Assembly: GCA_009602725.1 (NCBI GenBank) | Contig: WELB01000004.1 | Coordinates: 469,196 to 504,752, forward strand | Direction of reading: 5' to 3' | Length of the DNA stretch: 35,557 nucleotides | Origin: Spirogloea muscicola | Taxonomy: Eukaryota | Part shown: piece by piece, positions 11,825 to 22,418 of the stretch | How the letters are laid out: every line of letters starts with the position of its first letter | Position numbering within the stretch: position 1 is the stretch's first letter | Program-made: the position numbers and the translations under genes | Notes under the pieces: generated by a model | The model's database searches: none | Told to the model about the DNA's origin: nothing | Seen by the model: only the letters and a program-made list of their open reading frames with translations

Positions 11825-13360
11825 GAAAGTGAGCTCTTCCAAAAGTCACAGCCATCACCCTACTGGAAGAGGGCGCGCGGTGCGCATGAGATTGAAAGGG
11901 AGGCCAATTCTAGCCTTACAAATGTCCTGTTAAGTGGGTAATGAGCTGGCTAAGGAATGAAGAAGTGGCACTCCCAATGGGGGCAAGGGCTGCGAAAAGC
12001 CAGCCCAAAAAGAATTCACAAAGGTTCAGAGGGGCCTAAAAGCGGTGAGCAGCTACAAAGGGGCCTGAGGATGCTATGGTAAAACAGGGGGAGGATGGAG
12101 CACTCAGTAATTACGAGTGAGGAGCCTCAGATCCGACAGACAAGCTGCCGGGAAGCTATCACCCTGACGAAAGCCAGAGCCCGCAGCGAGAGCACGGCCA
12201 GCTCGCAGATGCAGAGCGTGGGCCATGGAGCGCTGCAGGGATACAGAGAGGCGCATCCGGTAGACCTGCGCCCACGAGCCAGCGGCGTTGAAGTCGGCTG
12301 GCTCGCCGCATCTGCGGGACACAGCCCGCCGCGCAAGCCTAGCCAGCAAGTCAAGCCACTGGGACCCAAGAGCCCCGTGTACCCCACCGCCAAGGGGACG
12401 AACTCGTCGGCAGGTGGGTGGTCGGAGTGCTTGGCCGCCTTGCAGCGAGCGGCCTTCGAGGCAGCGTGGCCTGCCCGCGAGGCAGAGAGCCCCAGGTTGG
12501 AGCGGTCGACCACATCGGTGGTGACTACATCGGCTATGATCCGCGCGCCACCTCCCGGCGTGGACGCCACCAGGTCAACACGACGCGTATGGTGTCCGTC
12601 AGCCCTCTCGAGGATGGGCATGACCGAGGCGTTCTCCATCGCCACCGTGTAGCCCGCCTCCTGAACGATCCCGAACATAGCATCACGCAAGAGGTCGTGC
12701 GCAGCTGTTCGTTCGCCTCCAGTGGCGCAGCGGAGGAGATGCGCCGCCAGCTCCGCCGGGTCCGTCGACCGCTCCCCACATTCGCACTGCAACACGCCAG
12801 GCAGGCAGGGCGGGGGGAGGCCTAGCAGGCGATGCGTGGCCGTGCGGAACAGCTCGTCCGGCAGCCTGAGCGCATCATACAGTGGGAGCGCAGAGAGCCA
12901 GGCTGCCGCGCCGGGGGAGGGGGCCGACAGCAGCCGAGCACGGCCGCGCACGTCGCTTGCGGGGAGGAGCTGCAGCGTGTCCGTGAACGCCGCCTTGTCC
13001 ACAGCAGCCATGTATCGCGCCTGCGCCTGCGGAGTCGGGGGTGTGGGCGAGGTGGGCGAAGTGGACCACGCTCTCTGCAAGGGCAGGATTTTCCGTGAGT
13101 AACCCGTCCTGGGCTGAGCGGAGGGCCTCCTGGAAAGGCAACGAGCCAGACGCCACCTCCTCCAGAACCTGCTGCAGCAGGGGCCGCCCATCATGAAGGA
13201 AGCGCTGCGCCACCGACGTGGCGACCTGTGCCCAACTGCCGAGGAATGCTGGCCTGCAGACGCGCGCGAGCGAGCGGCAGCCGAGGCCGCCCTGGCCAGG
13301 GGGCAGTGTGGCCTGGAGCGTCGCGGCTGACTAGGCAAGGAAGCCATCGTGGCGGCTAAG
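11825..13360 (-). mobile_element. Longest 5'-truncated CRE-like non-LTR retrotransposon copy (post-RT region, zinc knuckle, restriction-like endonuclease, 3' UTR), frameshifted
   Basis: QATLPPGQGGLGCRSL..PAFLGSW; RARLLSAPSPGAAAWLSALP; CECG...AHLLRCATGG...HDLLRD; RRVDLV...IIADVV; EFVPLAV; YRMRLSVSLQRSMAHALH...LSDLRLLTRNY* (stop 12104). Frameshifts near 13030 and 12383. The RT core is absent. Confidence 0.88.
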
Positions 13361-13367
13361 GGGGACA

Positions 13368-13517
13368 CTAATATCCCCGAGTGAGCACATGCATATCTGA
13401 CAAGCTATACTGAGGAGCCAAACCACCACCACGGAAGCCCCTAGCCTGGGCTAATGCACGACCAGCACGCTGGTGAATCGCGAGTGCCTGGGAGCGCTGC
13501 AGACTCAATGATAGCCG
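13368..13517 (-). mobile_element. CRE-like C-terminal remnant (subfamily C)
   Basis: Not in the ORF track. The minus strand reads RLSLSLQRSQALAIHQRAGRALAQARGFRGGGLAPQYSLSDMHVLTRGY* with the stop at 13368-13370. Confidence 0.85.
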
Positions 13518-13519
13518 CA

Positions 13520-13820
13520 ACTACTGGAAGAGTCTTTCTTCATCTTCCATAATGGGCGGGGGCTATGAAAAGCCAGCCAAGAAAGAATGAACTAGTCTTA
13601 GCGGAAAAGGGCTGACAGGCACCAGAAGCACACAGCAATGCAAGAGACTACAGCGAAGGAAAGCGATGGAGTGTGCAATAAGTGATGGAGGGCCTGTGTG
13701 GCCAAATACAAAGGCAAGCACACGGACACATGTATAACACCTGCTGCTAAGCTGACCCGCTCAGTAAGCACGATTCAGCACATAGAGGTCGCTAACTGAT
13801 GCCCGATACCGGACGGCAAG
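13520..13820 (-). mobile_element. CRE-like 3' remnant (subfamily A) with UTR
   Basis: RASVSDLYVLNRAY* (stop 13761-13763), a UTR matching 590-680, and a hairpin module at ~13560-13595. Confidence 0.8.
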
Positions 13821-13879
13821 TTCTAGACCTTCACACTGTCGAACCTCGACCCTCCAAATTGCAAGTGTTCAGCTGGAAG

Positions 13880-14050
13880 TTACTCCGACTTGCTGCTGCT
13901 AAGTCGGGCTTATCAAGCTCCACTCCGCCGTAGTCTCGTGCATAGCTGTGTGATTTAGGCGCTTTGCGGCTCTTTGGACCTTGTCTATTCTTTTGGGCTG
14001 GCCTACCCAGCCACTACCTTTTATTGGAAGAGCTTCCTCTTCTCTCCAAA
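13880..14050 (+). mobile_element. CRE-like 3' remnant, plus orientation
   Basis: YSDLLLLSRAY then CAA (possibly a mutated stop), followed by catagctgtgtgattt...ggaccttgtctattcttttgggctggcctacccagcc...ttggaagagct, which matches the shared UTR modules. Confidence 0.7.
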
Positions 14051-14830
14051 GCTTACGACCTGGAGTCTGCTTCATACAGGTGTAGCTCCTGCACCATTCA
14101 CAAAGTGTCAGCAATGTCTTTCAGGATGTCCGAAATGGTGGTGAGGTGTTTGGGGAATTAAGAGCAAACCGCCTACACAGAGAAGCACCCACGCACAGCT
14201 TAGTAGAAGGCTTCACCCTGTGCTACGCCGCAAGGCGGCGGCTCCTACTTCTGAGCATCAGCCGCAGCCTGCCCCCCAAGCGAGATGCAAGCACGGAGCC
14301 CTCGTAAAGAGCCGGCAGCTAATCGGGGAAACAGGCTGCAGCATCGAGCAGCAGCAGGGCTTCACCACTCTGGGCTCTCGTGCCAACCGCCATAACCTAT
14401 GCGCAGTTGCTCCAAGGCTTTCACTTAGAGGAGCTGCGCCTTAAGAGTGACACAGGAAGCTGTGCCGAGCGGCGTGGTGGCTCAGGCATGCCGCAGAACA
14501 GTTCCGCTGTCAGACCTTCCAAGGCCACCGGGCAAGCAGTGAGCCGCCCAGACGAGCCGGAACTTAATGGATCAAGAACAACAGCAATACAACAGGACCA
14601 ACACGGCCGTGCTGCACATCAGGAGGTTGACGGCCTCACGGGTCGGAATATAGTATCAAGAATGCCTGCAGTTGTGCAGATTTCTATGTAGCAATACCGG
14701 CACATATTGGTGCTTGTGTGGTTTGGAGGCCTAAATATCTGTGAAAGCATCCAGCTGCACATTGTAAGGTTACTGAGGGAGTATCATCACGCAAGTCAAG
14801 GGTGGTATACATGTACATGCAAAGCAAAAG

Positions 14831-17291
14831 TCAAATAGGGATGGCGGTGCGAGATGTCCTCCTCTCAAGCAGGCTCTGCTGGAATCTTGGAAGAACCATG
14901 CTGCCGTTTAGCCAGCTGGCGAGGCCACTTTTCCTCCAGCCTAAACAGGAGTGGCGCAAGGCGAGGTAGCCACTGCTCGCAGCTGATCTGTATCGGCCCG
15001 AGTCTTCTCTGTAGACGGGCAGCAGCTCGCTAGTGGACACAGACAGCTTCACTGCCAGCCAGCCGAGGAGGACTGAAGAGCTGCGAGCAGACTGACTGCC
15101 TTGACGTAGCAGGCTGAGTTTCGAACCTCTGATGTTGCTTTCAGAGAGATTGTCTGCAAACGTGAGATTCGCAGTTGCTCTTGAGGAATCTGTGCCCCTC
15201 CACCACGAGCTTTCAAGCCAGCCGTTAGTCCCACCAACAGCAGCGCTCTCCTTGCACTCGGCACTACCTGCAAGCGCTTCTGGTATGGGAGCTGAATAAC
15301 ATCCTTCACCCGTGGTGAGGTATTGGGAGTCACTGCAGGATTCCTGGCCCCAATCTCTGTTAAAGTATGGTCCAACTTTAGCCTTGAAGACGTCTTCCGC
15401 CTGTTGGTCTCTGGTAGCAGGTTGACTCTGAAAGGCACCTTCCGCAGTGCTGGTTGCATCTCCAAATGGTGTTGTCAAGTGCCTGCAGGCTCTGTGGAGG
15501 AATGCTCCCACCTTTTCTCCCTGTTTATATGGCCAATGATATGTTTCCACGGGCTGTCCTGAGCGGCACACATTGACAGTGACCAGTGGCAAGGCGTGCG
15601 TATGTGTGAGCTCCTGGCTATAAGCACCTGAGAGCGACCACAGGGAGGGGAGTGTCAGGGAGGTGACGGCCTTACAAAATTACAAGACATACAGTCATGT
15701 TTGCCGATCTTTCCGAAAATGCAGGTGAAGAGTCTAATAGATTGTATCTGTTTTACTCTGAGCTCTGAAGCCGCATGAGACCTGAACATGGACTTGCAGC
15801 ATCGGTGTTGCTGCAGCAGGTGACATGCATACTTGTAACATCAATGATGCCGTGCAGGACTGGCCTGTAGTCTGCTAGTTTCCTGTCCTTCTCCAGCAGC
15901 ATACCTGTGCAAAATTGTAGTGGACAGCATATCACATTTTTAAGCATACTTTCAGGCTACCACATGAAGCTGAGCTGTTCCATTTTATGTGCTTGTATAG
16001 TCCCTTTCGACTGAGAGACATGATTACTCCTGGAAATACCATGGAAACCCTTGTGTTGAATGGCGCTCACCATCAAAGCTGGCTTGCAGTTCGACTGCGC
16101 TCACACTCGTAAAGTGGCTTGCTAAATTCAAAAGGTCATCAACAGTATGCTTCAGCTGTACAACAACGTCCATGTGCAATCCATCTAGCAATTTCAGGCG
16201 GACAAGCACGTGACAGTGCAGCCCCGGCTTTGATGTCAAGCCTGCATGACGGGAGACAGACAGTGCGATCAAAGATCTGGATGAGGAGCATGTCCACCCC
16301 CCTATCCTTTCAGCATTTACCGACAGTCCGCGTAGTCGACACAATGAACTGGTCGAGAGTCTCACCAGAGGAGCAGACATCCAAGATGGAGTCCTCGCGG
16401 ACTGCATGCACTCCCTGTATCTGGTCAAGGCGAGCATGGTCGCGTAGTTCCAGCCCCAGACTGAACAAAGTCAAGCCTTCTGCTTTTGAGCCCACAGAAG
16501 TTTGAACCCGCTGCTTGAGGGCGTCGACCTGAAGGCCAGGGTGGACGTCGTCCAAGACGATCGATCCTGTGGGAGTGGTGACACGAAGGCGTCCTCCTGC
16601 TGCATGGAGAGGCCTCGGCAGGACCTGCGTCCGCCACAACACGTGCTTCAGTGTTGCAGAGCCTGCTCCCACAGCAGTGCATGCTGCAAGTAATGCTGGC
16701 GAGAGATGTAAGGACACTCTGAGCACGCGGAGTAAGCTGGCGGGTGCGTGCCCACGTGGACGTGAAGTGGCGACTCCGAAAAGGGCAAGTCGGACAGGTG
16801 CTGGCAGTCATTGAGCTCGACCAGCTCGGGGCCCTTGAGGAAGACCAGGCGCTGCGTCGTCGTTTCCAGATACAGAGGGCGCACTGCCTGAGCGCTGCTG
16901 CACAACAGATGCCCAATGGCATGCGTCAGTCTTGGCAGTGTTGCGGCTGCAAGGCACACCGGACGCTGCATGGATGGCGACTTCCGCCTGAGCGGGGCGC
17001 GCCTCGTTAGATGAGTGTGTCCCAATTATGTCAGCATGTAGCTAACCTGCTCGAGACGGCTTGCTGAGGCACGGCCTCGTGATGACCCAGCTGGACGAAC
17101 TGAGGCGTCAGGACGCGCAGGCGGCTGGCGGCAACGCCTGTCGCGCCCTGCACGGCGGTCTTGACGTCCACGACCGAGGCGCCATGGGCTCGCAGGCCCG
17201 GGAGCGCCAGCCGGAGGACGGGCGGCCTGACCGCCTCCGCCGCCGCCCTTAGCGGCCACTCGTACACATAGACGGCCGTAGTTGCCGCCAT
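14831..17291 (-). CDS. Protein with tandem divergent ubiquitin-like domains and an unrecognised C-terminal region, 6 exons, ~576 aa
   Basis: Exons 17291-17047, 16897-16756, 16624-16321, 16241-16071, 15904-15833 and 15627-14831 join in frame with GT-AG sites (1731 nt). Ubl-like segments: SVVDVKTAVQGATGVAASRLRV; QVDALKQRVQTSVGSKAEGLTLFSLGLELRDHARLDQ; TVDDLLNLASHFTSVSAVELQASFDGMLLEKDRKLADY. Confidence 0.7.
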
Positions 17292-17511
17292 GGCCGAGAC
17301 GCCGCTACTCCACGCGCCACTCCCCGGCGGCCGGGCGACCGGTGCCGTCAGGCGGTGCTGCCGGCGAGGGCGTGGGGCCGGAGGGCAGCCGCGCGTGCAG
17401 CCGCGGCGGGCGGCGGGAGCGGCGGCGGCGGCGGCGGGAGGGGGGGGCGCTTTGCCCCGCCAGGCATTTTCGCGCCTGGCCAACGGCTCCCAGAGGGCCG
17501 CAACCCCGCCC

Positions 17512-17554
17512 GCCACGTGGCGCCAGGGGCACACTCCTCTGCCCGTCACGTGGC
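17512..17554. promoter_or_regulatory. Paired G-box/ABRE-like elements upstream of the Ubl gene
   Basis: GCCACGTGGC at 17512-17521 and CACGTGGC at 17547-17554, ~220-260 bp upstream of ATG 17291. Confidence 0.45.
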
Positions 17555-17814
17555 GCAATTGTGTCGCCTGCGTCAGGCAAGGCGGCTGGCAAGGCCGACC
17601 TGCTGCTCGAGGGAAAGGGAAACCCACAAAGTGAGCCTCACGCAACGTCGTCCCATCCTGATCAGTCTCTCTCCTGCGCTGGCCTCTCGCAGCCATTTCC
17701 CTCGGCTGGAAGCGCCTGTCCCCTTTTCTTACGGGGTAGGCCGCGCTTTGCCCTCTCCAGCTGTTACAACAGCGCAGGTGCGGCTGCTGACCCAGGGTCA
17801 CTATGCTTTTTCAA

Positions 17815-18420
17815 TCTGACCATCCGCCGGCAGACAAGTTCTTCCCGTTGGCCATAGACACCCATGGGGCGCTGGGCGCTCGGTGGCTCGAGCTGCTCAC
17901 CCAGCTCGCCCGCCACACCATCGCCCGTCGCTTCCAGGGGAGCCTGTAGACTTCCCTGCAGCAGGGTCGCTGGCGCAATTGTATCGCATGCGCCTGGCCG
18001 TCTCGCTGCAGCGGTCGATGGCCCGTGCACTGCACCTTCGTGCCGGCCGGGCTCTTGCTGCTGCCTCTGGCTCTGGCCAGGGGACCCACTTTCAGGACCC
18101 TAGCCTCTCTGATTTGCGGCTGCTTAGCAGGGGTTACTAAGTGATTTGCAGCTGCTTTCTTTCTTTGTGTGCTTTGTTTTCTTAGCGCTTCCTCTGGCCC
18201 CCCTTCTCGTCCTTTGTTCATTCCTTTTTGGGCTGGCTTTTCCAGCCCCTATCCTCAATGGGCGAGCCCTTCCCTTCTTAATCGCTGTAGTCTCTTGCCT
18301 GGCTGTGTGGTTTGAAGCCATTCAGCCCTTTGGACTTTGTCCGTTCTCTCTGGGCCGGCTTTCACAGCCCCCCCTTTTTTTTGAAGGAGCTCACTTTCCT
18401 TTGGGCTGGCCCTGTGCAGC
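17815..18420 (+). mobile_element. 5'-truncated CRE-like copy (subfamily B) with modular 3' UTR
   Basis: SDHPPADKFFPLAIDTHGALGARWLELLTQLARH, a frameshift near 17935, then GEPVDFPAAGSLAQLYRMRLAVSLQRSMARALHLRAGRAL...LSDLRLLSRGY* (stop 18140). Hairpin modules at 18229 and 18352. Confidence 0.87.
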
Positions 18421-18424
18421 AGAC

Positions 18425-18820
18425 AAAATGGCACTTCCAAATGGGCGGGGGGGGCGAGAACAAGAAAAGCGCGGCCGAATTGACTGGTGGCTGGGAGAAG
18501 CCAGCCCAAAAGGAATGGACAAGGTCAAGAGAACAAGGAGCTCTTTCAAAAGGAGGGCAGGGCTGTGAAAAGGCAGCCCGGAAAGAAGTGACACGGTCCA
18601 AACGGCCCAAGGCGCTACAACCACACAGCTATGCAAGATGTGGAGGGAGCGGGGAGGGGAAGATGGAGTATGTATAATTGATGGAGGGCCTGAGTGGCCT
18701 GAGGGTGGTACCGGACTGTGCTGCGAAAATCCTAGTGGAGCGCGGGGCGCGTTCGCTGGGAAAATGGTGTGTATTAAGAGATGGAGGGCCTGTGAGGCCA
18801 AATACAAAGGCAAGCACGCT
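18425..18820 (-). mobile_element. CRE-like 3' UTR copy, convergent with the preceding copy
   Basis: Two ggccctccatc..tacac units (18660-18705 and 18760-18820, matching 627-680) and two hairpin modules (~18490 and ~18560), all on the minus strand. Confidence 0.75.
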
Positions 18821-20456
18821 GGGGAGGCCGTGCCATGCCTCCCCCGCATGCGCTGGGCACCTCGACTCTCCGACTTCTTGGCTGCAAGCCCGCCGACGCC
18901 TGAAACGTCTAAGGCTGGCATGCGCCGCTCTGAGGTAGTCCTTCCATGAAGCACCTCTGAAGCCACTCCGAAGCCACCACCGCGCCGTTGCCGTTGTGAC
19001 GGCCACGCTGCCGTACGTCGCCGCAAGGATCTGCTCGATGCCGCTGGCGATCGACGGCCACGACTTTTGACAAAGGCGAAACCGCTGCTTTGCCAATGGT
19101 TCGGGCTCAAAGTAGTAGACCTGTCTGATGCTGGTCCGCCTCTCACGCAGGGACCTTGACAGCCCACGTTATCCAAGCGACGGCTTCATGCGGGGGCGCA
19201 GTGACTCACCAGATTCGCACTCATGCACGGCACGTGGCCACGTTGCATGGTGCACAGCTTCCGGTCTTCGCTGCGGACATTACGGAAGACCCAAGAGAGG
19301 GCGCAGGCAATCGAGGGGGGAGGAGGGGCGGGCACCCTAGGCCTGGCGAGAATCGGATAGAGCCAAGCTTGGCTGGTGAATAGACAGAGCTGCTCCTGCT
19401 GCGTAGATCAAAGGCAGTGCTGGCAGTCTTTCCTCGTGACCAAGTTCCTCGCAGCGTTGTGGGCACTCGACCAGGTGCATATGAGCACGCTGGAACCGCC
19501 CCTAGCTTCATATTTTGTAGCCTTGGTGCTATCAAACGCAGTGGGGCACGCAGCCAGCGAGCTGCGACTTGCTGGGACACGAAGGGGCTGCAGCGGTCAA
19601 CTCTGAGGAAGTGCAGCGTGAAGTGCAGCAGCATAAAGGGCGTCAGCAAGTCTTGTAAGGCCGGTCTGCATGCAAGTAAGGAGTATGCCTGAGACTGCTC
19701 CTCTAGATAGTATATCATTGCATGGCGGCCATACTCTGAGTACACCACCGCATGGCATACGGTTGCAACGTGGCCATCTTCACCTCAACGTTTGACCACA
19801 GCATGCCTACTGCCAACATCTATGTCCTGGATGCGGCGCGACATTGTACTACCTCTGTGCAATATAGGTTTTTGCCTTGCAAAAGGGGCGCCAGTACGAC
19901 TTGCTTACAGTGAAGGCAAGTGGTCGACTAAGGCCAGCCTACAGAAATCACACAAGAGCTGGTTTTATGTGTAATTGAACAGCTACTTAGTAGGAGCTAG
20001 AGGTCCGACAGGCCAGCCACATCTCCGCAGCAGGAAGTGGAAGCTGGAGCCAGCTTCCACGCAAATGGGATGCTGCAGCCTGCTGTGCTGCCCGGACACG
20101 GCCAAGGGCTAGCTGTCACGCTGCTAGGGGCTCGAAAGGACGGGAAGGGCAGCATGTCAAGCCCGAGGCAAGCGTTTGGCAGGGCTTCGCAGCCACGGTG
20201 ATTGGGACTCTGAATCCAGGAGCCAGTGTCCGAGAGAATCATGAGGGTCAGGTCACACCACTGCCACCTGGTCAAGAGCAATCGGAGGAACAAGGCAGGA
20301 GGAGGAGCGAGGCTGCTTTTGCTACTCCTGCACGGAGCAAGAGAGACGGGTCCCACCTGTCCGTCAGCGGCAAAGTCCAAGGCGCTGGCAGTGGCGGCAG
20401 CGCTGATCTAAACCTCGGGGCGGCTTCTTCTTCAAGTGAAGTGACAGGGGGACAAG

Positions 20457-20564
20457 AAGAAGTGGCACTCCCAATGGGGGCAAGGGCTGCGAGAAGCCAG
20501 CCCAAGAAGAATTGACTAAGGTTCGGAGGGCCTACGAGCGTTCAGCAGCTACCAAGGGGCCTGA
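20457..20564 (-). mobile_element. Isolated CRE-like 3' UTR module
   Basis: Close direct match to 11960-12068: aagaagtggcactcccaatgggggcaagggctgcg..agccagccc..cagctac.aaggggcctga. Confidence 0.8.
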
Positions 20565-20592
20565 AGTGACAAGGGGTGGGCTTTCCTCACCC

Positions 20593-20709
20593 TGACGACG
20601 TCAGTGACACGTGGCAGAAGCACAATGACCCACCCCGATGGCCGCAAACGGACGGGCAGCCAGGATCAAGCGCCATAAGGCAGCCTTTGGCCTGTGGAAG
20701 CCACGTGGC
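20593..20709. promoter_or_regulatory. ACGT-core cluster (GACGTC, G-box/ABRE-like) upstream of the PMP22-like gene
   Basis: tgacgacgtca, GACACGTGGC (CACGTG at 20608-20613) and GCCACGTGGC (20700-20709). Confidence 0.45.
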
Positions 20710-20724
20710 GCGCTGCCGCCAGCT

Positions 20725-20780
20725 GCGGCGGGCCTTGCGGCGGGCCTTGCGGCGGGCCTTGCGGCGGGTTTTGCGGCAGG
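20725..20780. repeat. 12-bp tandem repeat GCGGCGGGCCTT x ~4.7
   Basis: Three exact units plus two degenerate units, ending ~60 bp before the PMP22-like start codon. Confidence 0.9.
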
Positions 20781-20843
20781 TGCTGCAGGCGGGTCACCAG
20801 CAGCAGCAACGGCGGCGGCGGCGGCGGCGAGCGGCTCGCTGGG

Positions 20844-22418
20844 ATGGCGGCGGGCAACGTTGTAGAGCGGGCCTGGCGGCGGTACCTGCGGGCGCTGCGC
20901 GAGCGCCCGCTGCAGACCAAGGTGCTGTCTCCGCCGCCGCCGCCGCNGCCGCTCGGTGGCCGGGCTGGAGGCAGGCCGTGACGGCGGGCGCCCTGGCGGC
21001 GCTCAGCGATGCGCTGTCGCAGCGCATCTCCGGCGCGCCGCGCCTGCAGCTCCGCCGCATGGGCCTCATGGCCGTGAGTCCCGCCGCCAGCCTCATCCCG
21101 CTCGGCTCGCGGCCGCCAATGCCGGGAGGCAGCACCTAGCCGGCCTGGCCTAAACCCTAATTCCGAGCCCCCAAACCCTAAACCTGTACCCAAAACTTTA
21201 ATGTAAGCCCAAGCGAGGCGGCGCTCCCGCCGTTTTTACGTGTGCGCTTGACGGGCCGTGTGGACGGCGCTGGCGCCGCTGTGGCAGCTTTTCGGCCTCT
21301 TGTTTGGCGGCCCCAGCCTCCACATTGTCCACCGGCTACTGGACCGCATCTTCCGAAGCGCCCAGGACACACCCACCGTCCTCTGCAAGGTCCGCTGTGC
21401 ACCTTCCCTCTAGAAATGCGGCTCCTTCCATCGCCGCACGAGAGGTGCTTCGCCACATTTCCACATCTTCAGAATACATACGCCGCTGCCCGCGAGCCTC
21501 TGCAGGTAGCTGTTGAGCAGCTTACGTACGGACCGATCATGAACCTAGCCAACATGTTCTTCATCGCCAGGGTTATTGAAGGTGTGGCGCCCATCCCCCT
21601 ACTGACACAGTCATTGAAGGATAACTGACAATGGCCTGACTTTATCAGGTTCCATGGGCAGGCCACCTGAATCCTCGATTGTATTTCCCTTGTTCCTGGT
21701 CAGGGGCCTTCCTCTAGGGATGTCCCTATTGCGGCTATGATGGAATCTTGTGCTCGGCCTAATCAGCGCGCAAGCCCAAGCTACAATGCAGGTAGGCCGA
21801 TGCCAGCAGTGCGGGAGAAGATTCGGCGAGACTATCCATCCGTTCAGATAAACGGCTGGCGAGTGAGTGTTCTCTAGTCCTCCTGTCGCAAATGGCTCAA
21901 GTGGCTGCACAATTCTGGACCAGTCATGGACAATAATGTTGCTGGCCAGCAGCCCAGGATGTGGCTTGTGAAGCAAGCATAGTAGTCCGTGTAGGAAGAA
22001 TGTCTTAGTCGGAGTCCAGACTACTCCTTAGCAGTCACCCCCAAGTATTAGCCATCTACTGCATAGACTCCTTGCACCATTTATAGTAGAAGACTCTGAC
22101 CCTCTTGGGAGCAATGACATGTGGGCACCCTATCAAATTTGCTTCTTTTGTTGCAGCTGTGGCCGCTGGTTTCCATAATAAATTACAAATACGTGCCAAT
22201 GAACTTGAGGGCACTGTATGTGAATTGCGTCGCTGTTATTTGGTAAGAAGTTCTCCTGCACAAGCTCACTACTTTCTGGCAGCAGTTAATCCTTGCTGGC
22301 CAAGTCACCTCAGCTGCTCCTGTCTACTGACTTGCTGTACAACGCGGCATGCATGTGTTGCGCATGGCACAGGACAACATTCCTCATCCTGAGGTCCCAA
22401 TCTGGTCTGCTAAGATAA
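20844..22418 (+). CDS. PMP22: Peroxisomal membrane protein PMP22-like (Mpv17/PMP22 family), 7 exons, ~185 aa
   Basis: Exons 20844-20921, 20975-21073, 21288-21389, 21506-21581, 21792-21862, 22157-22242 and 22373-22418 join in frame: AWRRYLRALRERPLQTK|AVTAGALAALSDALSQ...GGPSLH...K|VAVEQLTYGP...KIRRDYPSVQINGWR|LWPLVSIINYKYVPMNLR. Confidence 0.92.
21150..21185 (+). promoter_or_regulatory. Two telo-box motifs (AAACCCTA) in intron 2 of the PMP22-like gene
   Basis: AAACCCTA at 21152-21159 and 21173-21180. Confidence 0.4.

Noticed and set aside
14060..14700. Plus-strand ORFs 14220-14444 and 14380-14691 as a gene
   Set aside because: No recognisable motif or consistent splice model; may be the 3' flank of the Ubl gene or a decayed fragment.
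15049..15465. Alternative-frame ORF (LKLDHTLTEIG looks Ubl-like), suggesting a frameshift in the Ubl gene
   Set aside because: The spliced model reads through in the 14831-15592 frame without a frameshift; the resemblance is short and probably chance.
17290..17857. Long GC-rich ORFs at gene 5' ends (also 2088-2735, 20576-21193, 28225-29296)
   Set aside because: Shadow or antisense ORFs caused by stop-codon scarcity in GC-rich and GCC-repeat sequence.
18900..19135. RuvC/poxvirus-resolvase-like identity for the minus-strand remnant
   Set aside because: Only an impressionistic resemblance; catalytic acidic motifs could not be located.
19997..20515. Overlapping ORFs on both strands
   Set aside because: Low-complexity translations with no motif; one runs into the repeat module.
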